In this document: positions 11,439-25,549 of the stretch, piece after piece | Layout: every line of letters begins with the position of its first letter | Numbering within the stretch: position 1 is the stretch's first letter | NCBI RefSeq assembly: GCF_001194135.2 | Contig: NC_068990.1 | Location: 18,692,916-18,756,915, forward strand | Direction: 5' to 3' | DNA: 64,000 nt | From: Octopus bimaculoides | Taxonomy: Eukaryota | Notes under the pieces: generated by a model | What the model saw: the letters and a program-made list of their open reading frames with translations, nothing else | What the model was told of the DNA's origin: nothing | Databases searched by the model: none | Made by a program: the position numbers and the translations under genes

Positions 11439-14127
11439 ATATTTAACACTTCCGGGGTTTCGCTCGATATGAAACATAAGTAGCCCGGAACTTATCTACA
11501 CCATTCCTTAACTCTTGCATTATTATTCGCACACCCGGCAACACTGGTCGCTTGCGGTGAAATATAAAAATAAATGTTTTCGATTTATCGTACTTCGATA
11601 AGAAAAATATCCATCCACGACCTTCCGTCTCAATAAACCACTATTGTCCCTGAAAGTTATGTTACATATTTACTACAGATTGCTTGAAGCTAACTGTCTC
11701 TCTTCAACTCGATCCTTGGATGTTATATATATATATATATATATATATATNNNNNNNNNNNNNNNNNNNNNNNNNNNNNNNNNNNNNNNNNNNNNNNNNN
11801 NNNNNNNNNNNNNNNNNNNNNNNNNNNNNNNNNNNNNNNNNNNNNNNNNNNNNNNNNNNNNNNNNNNNNNNNNNNNNNNNNNNNNNNNNNNNNNNNNNNN
11901 NNNNNNNNNNNNNNNNNNNNNNNNNNNNNNNNNNNNNNNNNNNNNNNNNNNNNNNNNNNNNNNNNNNNNNNNNNNNNNNNNNNNNNNNNNNNNNNNNNNN
12001 NNNNNNNNNNNNNNNNNNNNNNNNNNNNNNNNNNNNNNNNNNNNNNNNNNNNNNNNNNNNNNNNNNNNNNNNNNNNNNNNNNNNNNNNNNNNNNNNNNNN
12101 NNNNNNNNNNNNNNNNNNNNNNNNNNNNNNNNNNNNNNNNNNNNNNNNNNNNNNNNNNNNNNNNNNNNNNNNNNNNNNNNNNNNNNNNNNNNNNNNNNNN
12201 NNNNNNNNNNNNNNNNNNNNNNNNNNNNNNNNNNNNNNNNNNNNNNNNNNNNNNNNNNNNNNNNNNNNNNNNNNNNNNNNNNNNNNNNNNNNNNNNNNNN
12301 NNNNNNNNNNNNNNNNNNNNNNNNNNNNNNNNNNNNNNNNNNNNNNNNNNNNNNNNNNNNNNNNNNNNNNNNNNNNNNNNNNNNNNNNNNNNNNNNNNNN
12401 NNNNNNNNNNNNNNNNNNNNNNNNNNNNNNNNNNNNNNNNNNNNNNNNNNNNNNNNNNNNATATATATATGCACGTTTGTAAACATATTATCATGTTAAC
12501 CATATATTCCTTGTCATTATCATACTATCAAACTTTCATTATAAAAATGAAATGAATATGATGCACTATTTCGAGTATTTGAGCGACCTTGGAATTAATG
12601 TTTCCTTAGTTTTGCTATATAAATACATTGAAAAGCAATCTTTAATGTACATATTCGTGTAATTATACTTTAATCCGTAAAATGTATCTTGATGTTGTTA
12701 CGTATATTTAAGATAAGTATTTTAACCATTTCAGTTTAGATGACCATCCTTTGATAGTGCCATCGTACCTTCAGCAAGGAACGTTGCTTTTGTCAGAGCT
12801 ACTTAGAGTTGTCTATAGTCGAATGAATCAGTTGAGATTAAGTTAACCGATTTAGTCAAAGGCTAACTTTGGTATTTATTGAACGTGTTGTTGTGAAAAG
12901 TACTCGAATTGGAAACCGTAACCAATTCAGAGCTTCTTGCAGTTCAATGTATACTCTAAGATCGCAACTAAAAACATAAGGCCGATAAACAAAGACTATT
13001 GTGTGCGTATGTGTTTAAGTGTCTCGGTGTATGGATATATACATGTATATATGTAAATGTGCATGTTTGTATGTATGTATTTATACAGGTACAGATGCAC
13101 GCAGAGAAGTGCGTGCATCTGTGTCATTTTTGATTTGTTATTGCACCATATAATTGCTGTCGTGATGGCAATTACTAAACTACCTTCCTACCTACCTACC
13201 TACCTACCTACCTACCTACCACTTTCTTACATACCTACCTAGATACACACACACATNNNNNNNNNNNNNNNNNNNNNNNNNNNNNNNNNNNNNNNNNNNN
13301 NNNNNNNNNNNNNNNNNNNNNNNNNNNNNNNNNNNNNNNNNNNNNNNNNNNNNNNNNNNNNNNNNNNNNNNNNNNNNNNNNNNNNNNNNNNNNNNNNNNN
13401 NNNNNNNNNNNNNNNNNNNNNNNNNNNNNNNNNNNNNNNNNNNNNNNNNNNNNNNNNNNNNNNNNNNNNNNNNNNNNNNNNNNNNNNNNNNNNNNNNNNN
13501 NNNNNNNNNNNNNNNNNNNNNNNNNNNNNNNNNNNNNNNNNNNNNNNNNNNNNNNNNNNNNNNNNNNNNNNNNNNNNNNNNNNNNNNNNNNNNNNNNNNN
13601 NNNNNNNNNNNNNNNNNNNNNNNNNNNNNNNNNNNNNNNNNNNNNNNCTACCTACCTACCTACCACTTTCTTACATACCTACCTAGATACACACACACAT
13701 ACGCACACACACATTCACATAACACACATATGTATGCAAAGAAACTAAATCAAGTAAAGAAGCGTGAAGGCACATAAGAAATGATAGATCATGCAAATAA
13801 TAGCAACTAGATCTTTACAACATTTCTTTGGTGTTTTATCATAAAAGTAACAAAGAAGCAAAGATTAGTGGATTCTTGTCTTTTTTACTTTGCCTTGTCA
13901 TCTTTTATATCGAGATATGACGCAATGCATAACTCGGTACTTCAATTATGTAATTGTACATAGTTTACATGCTGAGCGTATTTCATAAAACATGTCAACG
14001 CTCTCTTGTATTTGACATTTGGTCGACACATATATCCCACTAGAATTAGCTTACATTCCTTTAGGTATCTTTTAATACTTAATCTTTTAATCGTTTAATT
14101 CCAGTTCTTAAGTCCGTAAGCAATTCT

Positions 14128-14380
14128 TTTATTCTTTTACTCTTTTACTTGTTCCAGTGATTTCACTGTGGCCATGCTGTAGCACAGCCTTAGAGGGTTT
14201 TAGTCGAAGGAATCGAATCGAGAACTTATTCTTTGTAATCCAGCTACTTATTCTATAGTTCTATTATGCCGAGCCGCTAAGTTACGAGAACGTAAACACT
14301 CACCAATCGGCTGTAAAGCGATGGTGGGGGGAGGGGATGTTTGTTGCACAGATACAGACACACACACACATACACACATA
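14128..14380 (-). mobile_element. SINE family B, 3' half
   Basis: TTTTACTTGTTCCAGTGATTTCACTGTGGCCATGCTG..ACTTATTCTTTGTAA..GCCGAGCCGCTAAGTTACG. Confidence 0.8.
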
Positions 14381-14440
14381 TATGTATATGTGTGTGTGCC
14401 TGTGTGTAGTGTATCCGTGTATGTAGACATACGTACATAC

Positions 14441-14478
<38 letters not shown>

Positions 14479-14592
14479 ATACAAAATATGAGGGTTTAGT
14501 TCACAGGTGATCTAAACGATTAGGTACTTAGGTACGCTAGATAAGTGCAATAACGGATTACTGGGGCTCTAAGGTTATAGGCTAGACGGTAG

Positions 14593-14638
<46 letters not shown>

Positions 14639-16282
14639 NNNNNNNNNNNNNNNNNNNNNNNNNNNNNNNNNNNNNNNNNNNNNNNNNNNNNNNNNNNNNN
14701 NNNNNNNNNNNNNNNNNNNNNNNNNNNNNNNNNNNNNNNNNNNNNNNNNNNNNNNNNNNNNNNNNNNNNNNNNNNNNNNNNNNNNNNNNNNNNNNNNNNN
14801 NNNNNNNNNNNNNNNNNNNNNNNNNNNNNNNNNNNNNNNNNNNNNNNNNNNNNNNNNNNNNNNNNNNNNNNNNNNNNNNNNNNNNNNNNNNNNNNNNNNN
14901 NNNNNNNNNNNNNNNNNNNNNNNNNNNNNNNNNNNNNNNNNNNNNNNNNNNNNNNNNNNNNNNNNNNNNNNNNNNNNNNNNNNNNNNNNNNTATATATAT
15001 ATAAGTATATTAAGATTATCTTTAGAAGTGGAAGATAAAGGATCCATCTCAAGCCAAGTAGTTGTTAAACTGTCGTCAAAAACAAATATTCGAATTCCCT
15101 TCACTATTAAAAGCTGATGATTTTTCGGGAAAATATAAATATTACCAGCCCAGTAAGAAGTGGAACTTTCGTTAAAAGAAATTGATAAAGCCGACCGACA
15201 CGCAGTACATTGATCTTGCCAGACATCACCGTTGAAGCGTATTCATCTAAGTTGTCTAGACATGTAGATGATTAGGATATATAGATATAGGGACAATGCA
15301 CTGACGCTGTTTATATACGTATAATATCAGTCGGTTAACGTTTTTCAACTTCAAAGGGATTTCCGCGGCCACATTATCATTATTTATTACCAGTTTTATT
15401 ACTTTCTACCTACTTCTGTACATGTTAAGCTACGTGAAATAAATATGATCAACTGATGAGATTAAACAAGACTGAAGCAGGTTTTTTGCCTTCATCTACT
15501 AACTTATAGCACAACACCAATGTAAAGTCTATTTACTTTATTATTGAAAATCTATCTTGCATATCATTTATAGATTTAAGGAAAGCCCAATAAAAAGATT
15601 TTCCCCAATTAATTCCAGAAATAAAATTAGACAGATAAAAATCAACCCAGCTTATAGCATGCGTAAGATCTCGCTGCAAGCCTATTTAACATACAAGCCA
15701 CAAAGCTGAGGCATTTTTCATCAGCTCTCGTAGGTACACATACACCAAGGCACACATGCATTCACACATTGTTGAAAGATTTGTGGGCACAGATAAAGGA
15801 CTGCATCTTTAAATATACAGATTCACGGGAAGAAAAAAATTGACAAGTTTTATAAACGAGAATATATGCCGTTAGTTGTTCATTGGTTAGTTGTGCTTTG
15901 GTGTATTGTTTAATATTACAAACACGAGTTAAATTATGTGTGCTTAAAAGCGACGGTCGAGTAAGCACCACTTACTCGGCGATTACTCTGATTTAAAAAC
16001 CTACTCTCGTCAGAGAGCTATGGACATCAAAGTAACCCATCTGGTAGAGTCAGTTTATGTATCTTGTATGGGTGTAGTGGTATAAATGCGTACGGATAGG
16101 CCATTATGATTGGTACTGTTAGGTTACAATGCAGAAAAATAGTCTCAGTAGAGGAACGCAGGCTTTGTTTACTGTGTAAATTGCGCATAGTTTAGATAAG
16201 ATTAAGGGATGATTCTTTCGTATGTTCATATCTATCTGTGTCTCTATCTGTCTGTCTGTTTGTTTGTCTGTCTATCTGTCTG

Positions 16283-16335
<53 letters not shown>

Positions 16336-17577
16336 TTATCTATCTTTCTCTGTCTCTGTCTGTCTCTCTCTCTCTCTTTATGTATATGTATATAACTTGC
16401 GTGTGCCTCTAAATGTGTACAAACCTGTATATCATCTACTCATATGTTATCCTCAAGTGTTATCCTGTTTATATTGTTTCTGTGATATATGGTGTTCATA
16501 GAGAAAGGGGATGTCAAGATGCCTTTCGCAATACGTTTCTGCATATACTTGTTTATGAATATTTGAATACACATAGAAACACACAATCAAACACCCACAG
16601 ATACACACAAATACACACCTATATATATGTTAATGAGTTAAAATAATTTACGGTGATGTCTTCTCTATGCAATAATAGAAAATATTCTCCCTTGGTAGAG
16701 CTATAAATATTTCGTTCACAAGTAAATACGCTAATCCCTATACAGAATTACAGCTAAAACCTAATGAATTAAATTTTTCATTTAGTTTTACAATTTGTAA
16801 AGCATTTAATATCAGTGCATAATGGTGGTCTTCTCAAAAATATTTCCATTTACAATCTGATAACAATGAATACACATTCAAATACTTGTTTACGCTTATC
16901 CAGCTACCCTACAGGAGGTAGATAAAATTTATAGATATTTATAATGACGTTTAACCACATTGCACATTTCTGGCAAATTTTATTTAACACAATTATTTAT
17001 TGACAATTACTATTTGTAAATCTCTCAGCGAGTTATTTATATCCATAACTTTTATAGCAAGATACTAGATTTTACTATACCAAAGTACGCTGGGAAACAT
17101 TGAATACCAAATAACTAATAGTAATGAATGTGTATGTCTCCATAGGCTTTAAGGGTAAATGTTTAGCGCATATTTGCTAGAATAAAGCAGATACCATACA
17201 GATATTGCACTAAGTCTATCTCATGTAACATTTTGGTAGCTCCGAGTCAACCTATACCACATAAATAAACTTTAGTAGACGAAAGGTGTGTAGTAGCTCA
17301 TTAGATATACTATACACTTCGTTCCTATGATACAAAAGAGTTCCACGTTTAGACGTTGGACAAAGATTTTGAGATAATTACAGATATATGAACCAAACGT
17401 TCATTATGAAAGATGAAAAAGTTTTCTTGAAGTCTCGAGGTAGCGGAGAATATTAATTATAAGACGTGCGTCGTCCGTTGAAATCAGTTGCGGGTATTTT
17501 GTAAGTTTTCTATCAAGATTGTATTGTCACCGCTCACAGAGTGTCAATAACTATAAAATGAACGAGTAATGTTACAT

Positions 17578-17830
17578 GTAGATGCAGTATGGCCGAATGG
17601 CCAAGTTCACTTCTCATTCATAATGTCTAGAGTTCTATCTTTGCTAAGTGTCATTAACTATTATCCCAAGTCGATTCATGTCTTGTGAATGAAATTGAGT
17701 ACACAGAAGTTGTGTATGAACCCGTTGGGATTCATTGAACATTGAATTCTATCGTTTTGCGTTATGAGAAAGTGTCACGCCGACAGTGCCCGAGTTTTAC
17801 GTTAACAGTGCATGGTTCTGAGGAATACAT
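17578..17830 (+). mobile_element. Old degenerate tRNA-SINE (family B-related)
   Basis: tRNA-like start GATGCAGTATGGCCGAATGGCCAAG and GTGAATGAAATTGAGTACACAGAAGTTGTGTATGAACCCG, resembling the family B body. Confidence 0.4.
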
Positions 17831-19686
17831 CACTGTTTATACATTACTGTTTATACTCAATGACATCGATAGAACTGTTGATTAGAGAACTGAAAAATAA
17901 ACGCGACTCAAACTGAATTTTCACCAGAGAGTTTATTTTTCTACTACTACGACAACAATTACACCATTGCTGTGATACGGTATATAAATGTATTGGATGC
18001 TAGAATAGGTATAAAAGATAACCTCTATGTTCGTTTCCATCGTAGCAGTGCTTAGATATCAACTGAACTAACCTCGCTAAAATATGAATTCAAGTGGCTG
18101 AGTATTCTAGACACAAATGTATACTGTTAACATAAACCTTGGGTGCAATGAATCTGACAATCCACCGCCTTAGTTTGGTATATTTTAAATGACCTCGTAA
18201 GGTTGATCGGCAAAATTGAAATAACTGATATTTGAACTTGCACAAGCGAGAGTCAGAGCTAATGTGTGGAATATTTATCCGGCGCTCTATTGATTCTACA
18301 ATTTCACCAAACATATAGTTAAGTATCACTGAGTCTGTTAATCTGTAAGTTTCATTAATATGTGGAACTCTAATGTCAAAGGAAAAGTATCGCTATTGTG
18401 CAAGCCACTCTGTAGCAATATAAAAGGGGAAACGGGGTATTTTAATGGCTCTTCCATGAGAAATTATAGCTTAAAAGAATTATAACGGCTTCGACATTAA
18501 TTTGAAACTGTGTAGCGAATTCAGCTCGGCACAAAGCTGTGCAGCATTAATCATAGCGTTCCACACAATTACCTTAAAACTACCGAGCTAAATGTTCCTT
18601 CTGTGAGCCCCCAAATCAATTTCACTATCATAGGATATCTAAGCACTGCTACGATGGAAACGAACATAGAGGTTATCTTTTATACCTATTCTAGCATCCA
18701 ATACATTTCTATACCGTATCACAGCAATGGTGTAATTGTTGTCGTAGTAGTAGAAATTTGCTCAACTCTGATCTTTCTACCTGAAGAAAATCTAATGAAC
18801 ACTCTGTAAATAGAAATAGCCCATATAATATTTTTATTTCTCTTATATCGTCTATACATTACTTCAACCTTAACACGTTTCCCTGATATTGTTGTTTTGT
18901 TTTCATATTTATATTTAGGCTGTATGGGCAATAAATCTTTAAGATGAAAATCCTAGAGTGTGATATACGATTCACAATTCAGTATGAATTTGTACGTGCT
19001 GTTTCAGGTTGTGAAACATAACAGCCTGACTATGATTGATTATCTTAATAATTTATCCTATTATCTTATAACACCAGCTAGAAATCACGCTAACATGTTC
19101 ACTATCTGATCTAAACGTTCACACAAAAGTTACACTATCCAGCAACAGGGAATTGTAGAGACGAATATTGTTTCTGGAAATGAAGTTAGTGTTAAACTAT
19201 AATGCTGTCTATGAGCACTTATACACTTCTAAACAAGATATGTCTAAAAGCAACAGACTGAAAGAAAGATTACGTATTTTCGTAAACCATTTAATTACAG
19301 AATATACAAAATGGATATCTTTACAAAAACACAGATTTATGGTAATGTTCAAAGCTTTCCTTCACATCTATGGGATTGTAGGTTCGATTCATGGGCTGGC
19401 AGACGCAATGAAAGTGGCACTTAATTTCACGCTAAAATCAACTGGAAAATGAGTACCAACCAAATGTAAGTGCAGCCTACTTTCCCTACCACAGTCACTT
19501 GCTCAGATGCGGGTAATTGCTACAAGCACACATGCACACACACAAACACACACACACGGAGGCATACACACATATTATATATTTCCCATTTGGTGGAATA
19601 TTGCAAACTGCTGCCTATATTAATTTACTGCATACAAATTAGCGATTTGATAAGTCATCCATAGATTTCTATGATGAAAACATATA

Positions 19687-20572
19687 CGTAATTTGATCAA
19701 TAAGTATCCGGACTGAAACATAGTAACAAAACTAAAGCACACGGAGTGAACCTGCTTGGTACAGATTGATTTTGATCTCTGCTGTGCATGCGCACTAAGT
19801 CTTAACGTTCTAGTTCGCTCCCGCTGTTTACAGCAGCGCTAAGAAGGAACCTGTGTAGCGTGTGATCGTCGCATTGATCATAACAGAGAAAGTTGTGCAG
19901 AGAATCTGCATCAAATTTTGTTAAAAGCATGGTGATACCTGCTCAGAGGCCTACGCAAAGTTTTCAAAAAGGTATTATCGTTCCCTACACAATCAAGGGA
20001 ACCTTGTGCAACTGAAACCTGAGTGTCTTTTTCGTTAGCTGGAAGCAGTTTTGTCGCAAACTTCGCAGACACCCGTCTCATACCCAAATCTTTAGTGATA
20101 ATAGACTGAACTTTCCTGCAACTAATCAGCACATCCTCTGATAACACAAACATGGTGTTTTGACGATTTCCCCTCAAAGCTGCATTCACATCTGCAATGT
20201 TTTTCTCAGTTCTGCTCGTTTTGGGTCTCCCAGAATGTACATTGAAATCTTTCGGCTATCCTGAAAACGTGTGAACCACTCGTACACTCGTGTGCGACTC
20301 ATAACTCCTCTCCATACACTTTCTGCAACTTTGCGTAGGCCTCTGAGCAGGTATCGCCATAAAAACTTTTTTATGTCATGGTCAATGCGACGATCCCACG
20401 CTACACACCTTCCTTTCAAGCACTGCTGTAAACAGCAGAACAGAGCTAGAAAGTTAAATCTTAGTTGCCATGTATAGCAAAGTCAAGGGCAATCTGTGCC
20501 AAATAGCTTTACTCTGTATGCTTTAGCTTCATTACTATTACAACGATCCGGATACTAATTCATCAGACTTCG
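19687..20572 (-). mobile_element. Non-autonomous mariner with two inward-facing 5' ends
   Basis: TA-flanked imperfect TIRs (CGTAATTTGATCAATAAGTATCCGGACTG / reverse complement CGAAGTCTGATGAATTAGTATCCGGATCG). Minus-strand transposase pieces: MSRTRVYEWFTRFQ and DLGMRRVSAKFATKLL..NDNTFLK. About 280 bp at the left end is an inverted copy of the right (5') end. Confidence 0.9.
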
Positions 20573-20754
20573 TATACTAACAGGCAATTAAGTTCGGAAT
20601 CTGCCGAAGAGGAGGAAAGGTGAGCATGAAGAGAAGGCCAGGAAATGTGAGAGAGGGGAAGGAAAGAACGAAGAGTTTAATGAACAAAGTGTGAAGGGGC
20701 TGATAGAAAGAATGAAAGAAGGAAAAAATAGAAAGAATAATAGAATCGTACAAA

Positions 20755-20792
<38 letters not shown>

Positions 20793-20826
20793 TTACATAT
20801 AAGAGACCAAAGTGTACGTACGCCGC

Positions 20827-20857
<31 letters not shown>

Positions 20858-21146
20858 NNNNNNNNNNNNNNNNNNNNNNNNNNNNNNNNNNNNNNNNNNN
20901 NNNNNNNNNNNNNNNNNNNNNNNNNNNNNNNNNNNNNNNNNNNNNNNNNNNNNNNNNNNNNNNNNNNNNNNNNNNNNNNNNNNNNNNNNNNNNNNNNNNN
21001 NNNNNNNNNNNNNNNNNNNNNNNNNNNNNNNNNNNNNNNNNNNNNNNNNNNNNNNNNNNNNNNNNNNNNNNNNNNNNNNNNNNNNNNNNNNATATATATA
21101 TATGCATATATATATATATACACACATCTATCTACCTATCTATCTA

Positions 21147-21184
<38 letters not shown>

Positions 21185-21290
21185 CTTCCCTTTGTCTGTC
21201 ACTCGTTCTTTCTCTCTCTCTCTCTCTCTCTCCGTATATATATATATATATATATATATAGCTTGAAAATAAGAAAGTAAAAGTGAAAGT

Positions 21291-21320
21291 GACGTTTCGG
21301 ACATCAAGTCCTTCATCAGG
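21291..21320 (-). ncRNA. Hammerhead ribozyme core, Penelope-like minimal type I (stem I degenerate)
   Basis: Minus strand reads CUGAUGA-A-GGAC-UUGAU-GUCC-GAAA-C-GUC. Confidence 0.55.
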
Positions 21321-22067
21321 TAAAAAAAGCCAAAGGTACGAAAGGTGTGTGGTAACACGGGACTAAAATTAAGCGCTAGTTGGAAATGCAATTCTATGGG
21401 AAGAAGTTAAGAAGAGCGAAATAAGCGCGCAGTTGATTGTAAGTATGTGAAAAATTTGTTTAAGAAAAAAGATGAGGATTACCATATATGTTTCCTACTC
21501 TTAAATATACGGGAGGCTCTTTTGTTTGCAACTCTTGGACACTCAACAATTTTAGTTTAGTTTTAGCCTCAAGACATCCTTCGTTTTGAGACTTGTTTCG
21601 AACTGTTACAACCTACTACGAGGCGGTCATGTTCTATATCTACGACTCTTTCGTAAATTTCATAACAGTACCCTACGATTCGAAGGGGACTTAGCTGTTA
21701 TTTCTTGCAGGTTAAACTACTGTTTAGAAGTCTCTTTTTTTTTCTAGAAAGCGAAAGGTGTTTTAATTATGATTCGTATAGTCAGAAGAAGATTTACAAA
21801 ACTTGGACTCGTGAAGCGTTCTTGGAGATTAATGTAAAATCTGCATATTATTAGATGTCTACGTTTATTGTACAATAATTGGTGAAGACGGCAACAGGAA
21901 GATAAGGAAAAAAGCCTAACGATAGCTATGGCACTATAGCGATAACCTTAACATTTTCTTTTGTTACTTATGTTTCGAAAAGGGCACTAGAAGGCCAACG
22001 AAGACAATAAGTGGAGAACAACGATACTCTTATCACTACTAATAATAAAGACTCTGCAGCAACTGCA

Positions 22068-22119
<52 letters not shown>

Positions 22120-22126
22120 ATAGTAG

Positions 22127-22262
22127 TTTCTAACAAAAGGTCATAAATTTTGAATGAAGGAATTGACTCGAAGGAAGGAGTCGAATCGACCCCAGTACTT
22201 GAGTAGCGCTCTATGATATCGACCTGGGAGGGATGAAGAGCAAAGTTGAATGCGGTGGTATC
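22127..22262 (-). mobile_element. SINE family A, diverged 3' part
   Basis: AGTCGAATCGACCCCAGTAC..ATATCGACCTGGGAGGGATGAAGAGCAAAGTTGA. Confidence 0.65.
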
Positions 22263-22329
22263 ACAAAACATTCTGACCCACGGTCGAAAGACTTTTCCGA
22301 TTGACCACTTTAAGCAGCAGCAACAAAAA

Positions 22330-22965
22330 TAGCAGCCATAAGAGAAGACCAACACCATTATCACAATCGCCAACACTACTATCACCACCATTATCACCGC
22401 CACAACCGCCACCATTGATCAGAACAACCACGGCCACACGGACGATGACTAGAAATGAAGAAGCTTAAGAAAGATGCGCAGAGACAGCAGTAGTTATTGA
22501 TGATGATGATAATGATGATGAAGGGGGGGGGGAAGAAGGAGGACGAGGGAACGGAGGAGGTAGAAGAGGAAAAAGAAGGAAAAATAGGAAACGAAGAAGA
22601 TGAAGAACAACAAGAAGAAACAGGAGAAGGAAGAAGAAAAAGAAAAAGATGATGATGATAATGATGAAAATGATGATGATGATGATAATGATGATGATGA
22701 TATGATGAAGGTGATGATGATGATGATAATGATGATGATGATATTGATGAAGGTGATGAACGTGGTGATGGTGGTGATAATGATGATTATCACGGTGATG
22801 ATTATGATGATGATGATGACCATGATGATCGTGATGCTGAATAATGATGAGAAAATGAAGAGCATGCATAATAAAGGGAAAAAGGATGATCATCAATACA
22901 ATGCCGATAAGTAAAGTTATTATTATTATCATCAGTATTATTATTATTATTATTATTATTATTGT
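22330..22965. repeat. Low-complexity (CAC)/(GAA)/(GAT)/(TAT) tract
   Basis: Directly visible; it explains the poly-D/M/H/I ORFs in the track. Confidence 0.9.
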
Positions 22966-23104
22966 TTCTTCTTTTTCTGTTTTTTTTTGTCCAATATATT
23001 CTCTACGAATAAGAAATAGAATAATCAGCTCTTAAATAGGAAAAAAATGGTTAACTATAAATAAATCTATTTTAGAAACTATTGGATTTTTCGGCAATTT
23101 TCGT

Positions 23105-23162
<58 letters not shown>

Positions 23163-23851
23163 AAAGGAGAGAGAGAGAGAGAGAGAAAAAAAGAGAAAGA
23201 AAGAAAGAGGGAGAAATAGCAGACAGTCGGAAAGAAAGAGAGGCACAAAAACGCCCCTTTTCCATGAGGTATTTCCATCAAGTTCATTAAAACGATCAGA
23301 TTTGATTGGCCATTTAATATGTCCTGGCTTCTCTGAGGCAGCTATCTTGTTTGTTATTGATTGCAGCTGTGCTTACAGTGAACCTACATCAGTTAACGAG
23401 TATAACAAGATTCTCCTTTTCATTGCACAATAAATAAATCAACAAATAAAAGTAAGAATAAGCAAATGAATAAATGAAATATATAAAAAAAACAAAAAAA
23501 AAACAAAAGGAAAACAAAGAAAACAGACAAATGAAAGTACGTAACTGGATGCAAGTGTACGAAGGAAAATAAAGAAAATAACTTACGAAATCAAGGAAAA
23601 AAAAGTAGTATGGACAGACAGTTCCTGGCTGATAACAATGTGTGTGTATGTATGTGTGTACATATCTGCATGTATATATGCATATATTTATATATTATTT
23701 ATATTATATGTATATTCCTTTATATATATATATATATATATCTTTATATTTATATACATAACACATATGTCTATGCACGTATCCATGTGACTGTCTTCTC
23801 GTTCTCATCCTCTCTCTGTTTCACTCTGTCTCTGCCTTCTCATATATATAT

Positions 23852-23893
<42 letters not shown>

Positions 23894-24553
23894 TTATACA
23901 TCTATGCATGTATGTATGTGTATGCAAGCACACACGCACATATGTATGTACGTGTGCGCGTGTGTGTGTACATATGTTTTTAACTGTATAAATCAAAATA
24001 AAAAAATAACACATTAACAGTCAGTTTTTTCTGCTGATAACAATATACATGCTTACATACATACCTGTTTAATACGCATATATATATTTTCCATTTTCCA
24101 TATATAATACTCTATTTTTTTTTTACATCCGAAAGATATCTTTCGAAATATTTCTTACTTTTGTACTTTTGTTTCCCTTTTACTCTTAATTTTTTTTCTT
24201 TTATGCATTTATTTTTTACTGTTTGCCCTGTTTGGTCTGTTTTATTCAATGCTGTACTTTTGTTGCTGTTTACGTATATTTATATTTTTGCTTTCTTCCA
24301 TTCGAGAACAATATCTTTGATTTTGTCTTCATGCCTTCATAAATCGATCACAGTTTTCTTCATATTCTTTCCCATTGAATTATTTAGATCACTATACTGA
24401 TCACTAGTGGACATGTAAATAAATGTGTATGTGAATATGGAGTTAGTGACTTAATGAGAGAGAATGTGCTTTGTGAATATAGAAATTTCAACACTAGAAC
24501 ATCTCATCAGTATATTGTGAATACAAAAAGGCAAGTGAAAACCAACAGAGACC

Positions 24554-24630
<77 letters not shown>

Positions 24631-25462
24631 TAAATATTGTTGGAAGAAATGAACTTTTCACCAAAAGATCATAAATCAGTCATCAATTATAATGTTTAAT
24701 TATAAGATTCGATCACTAAATATTGCAGTAAGAAAACTGTGTTTTTGGTTATTTCCAAAGCTGTCAACGGCAGAAACAACATATCCCCGTTATCGATAAA
24801 TACAATGATTAAAGAAAGTATAAGGGGTTAGTTCTCATTATTTTCTCTCGGAGCAAGCTATTTTTGCTTATAATAAGCGAGTTTCTATAAGGCTCTCAAA
24901 CTAGAGAGGAAGGTAAATCAGCTGACGAGAAGCTTGGCGACAGAAACATTCACTGTTATCTCCCTTGTAAGCTTGACTCAGAAAAAATATAGCGAACACC
25001 TTCAACTTTGTAATAACTATATTTTATTAAAATGCATTTAATTCTCTTTGAACATTAACTTTAGAGATATTCCCCTACACTTTTTTCCCATAATATAATG
25101 GTAGCAATATTCATTTTATTTAGCTTCATGTCAATTATGTAAGACCAACGACATCTTAACCGTGGCCATCCTATTGCTAGTACGTCTTAATCTATCTAGG
25201 AGTGTATTTCTAAATGCTACCTTCATTTTCAAGTCAATAGGATATGAAAATTTGCTAGGATATTTGGCTGTTTTATCGAAAAAGTTCATTAGCTGCGTAC
25301 ATCAACTTGATCGCCCTTAGTTTATTTGATAATAGTGAGATGTAATGTACACGATATTTTCGATGTTGGATCTTTAATTTTAAACCATGTATCATTAAAT
25401 GTAGGTATGCAATTCGTGGTCACACAACCACTTATGCATGCAAATATACCATTGAAACGGAA

Positions 25463-25549
<87 letters not shown>

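Noticed and set aside
13204-13700. Identical ~53-bp sequence on both sides of the gap 13257-13647
   Set aside because: Typical unmerged contig overlap, so probably an assembly artefact rather than a real duplication.
18090-18390. About 100-codon stop-free minus-strand frame
   Set aside because: No recognisable motif and no convincing splice-site pair. A few frames this long are expected by chance in ~55 kb of six-frame AT-rich sequence.
19168-19452. 94-aa ORF with IYGIVGSIHG, loosely like the Harbinger 'GVIGAIDG' motif
   Set aside because: The catalytic Asp is missing, and there is no other DDE_Tnp_4 motif or TIR.
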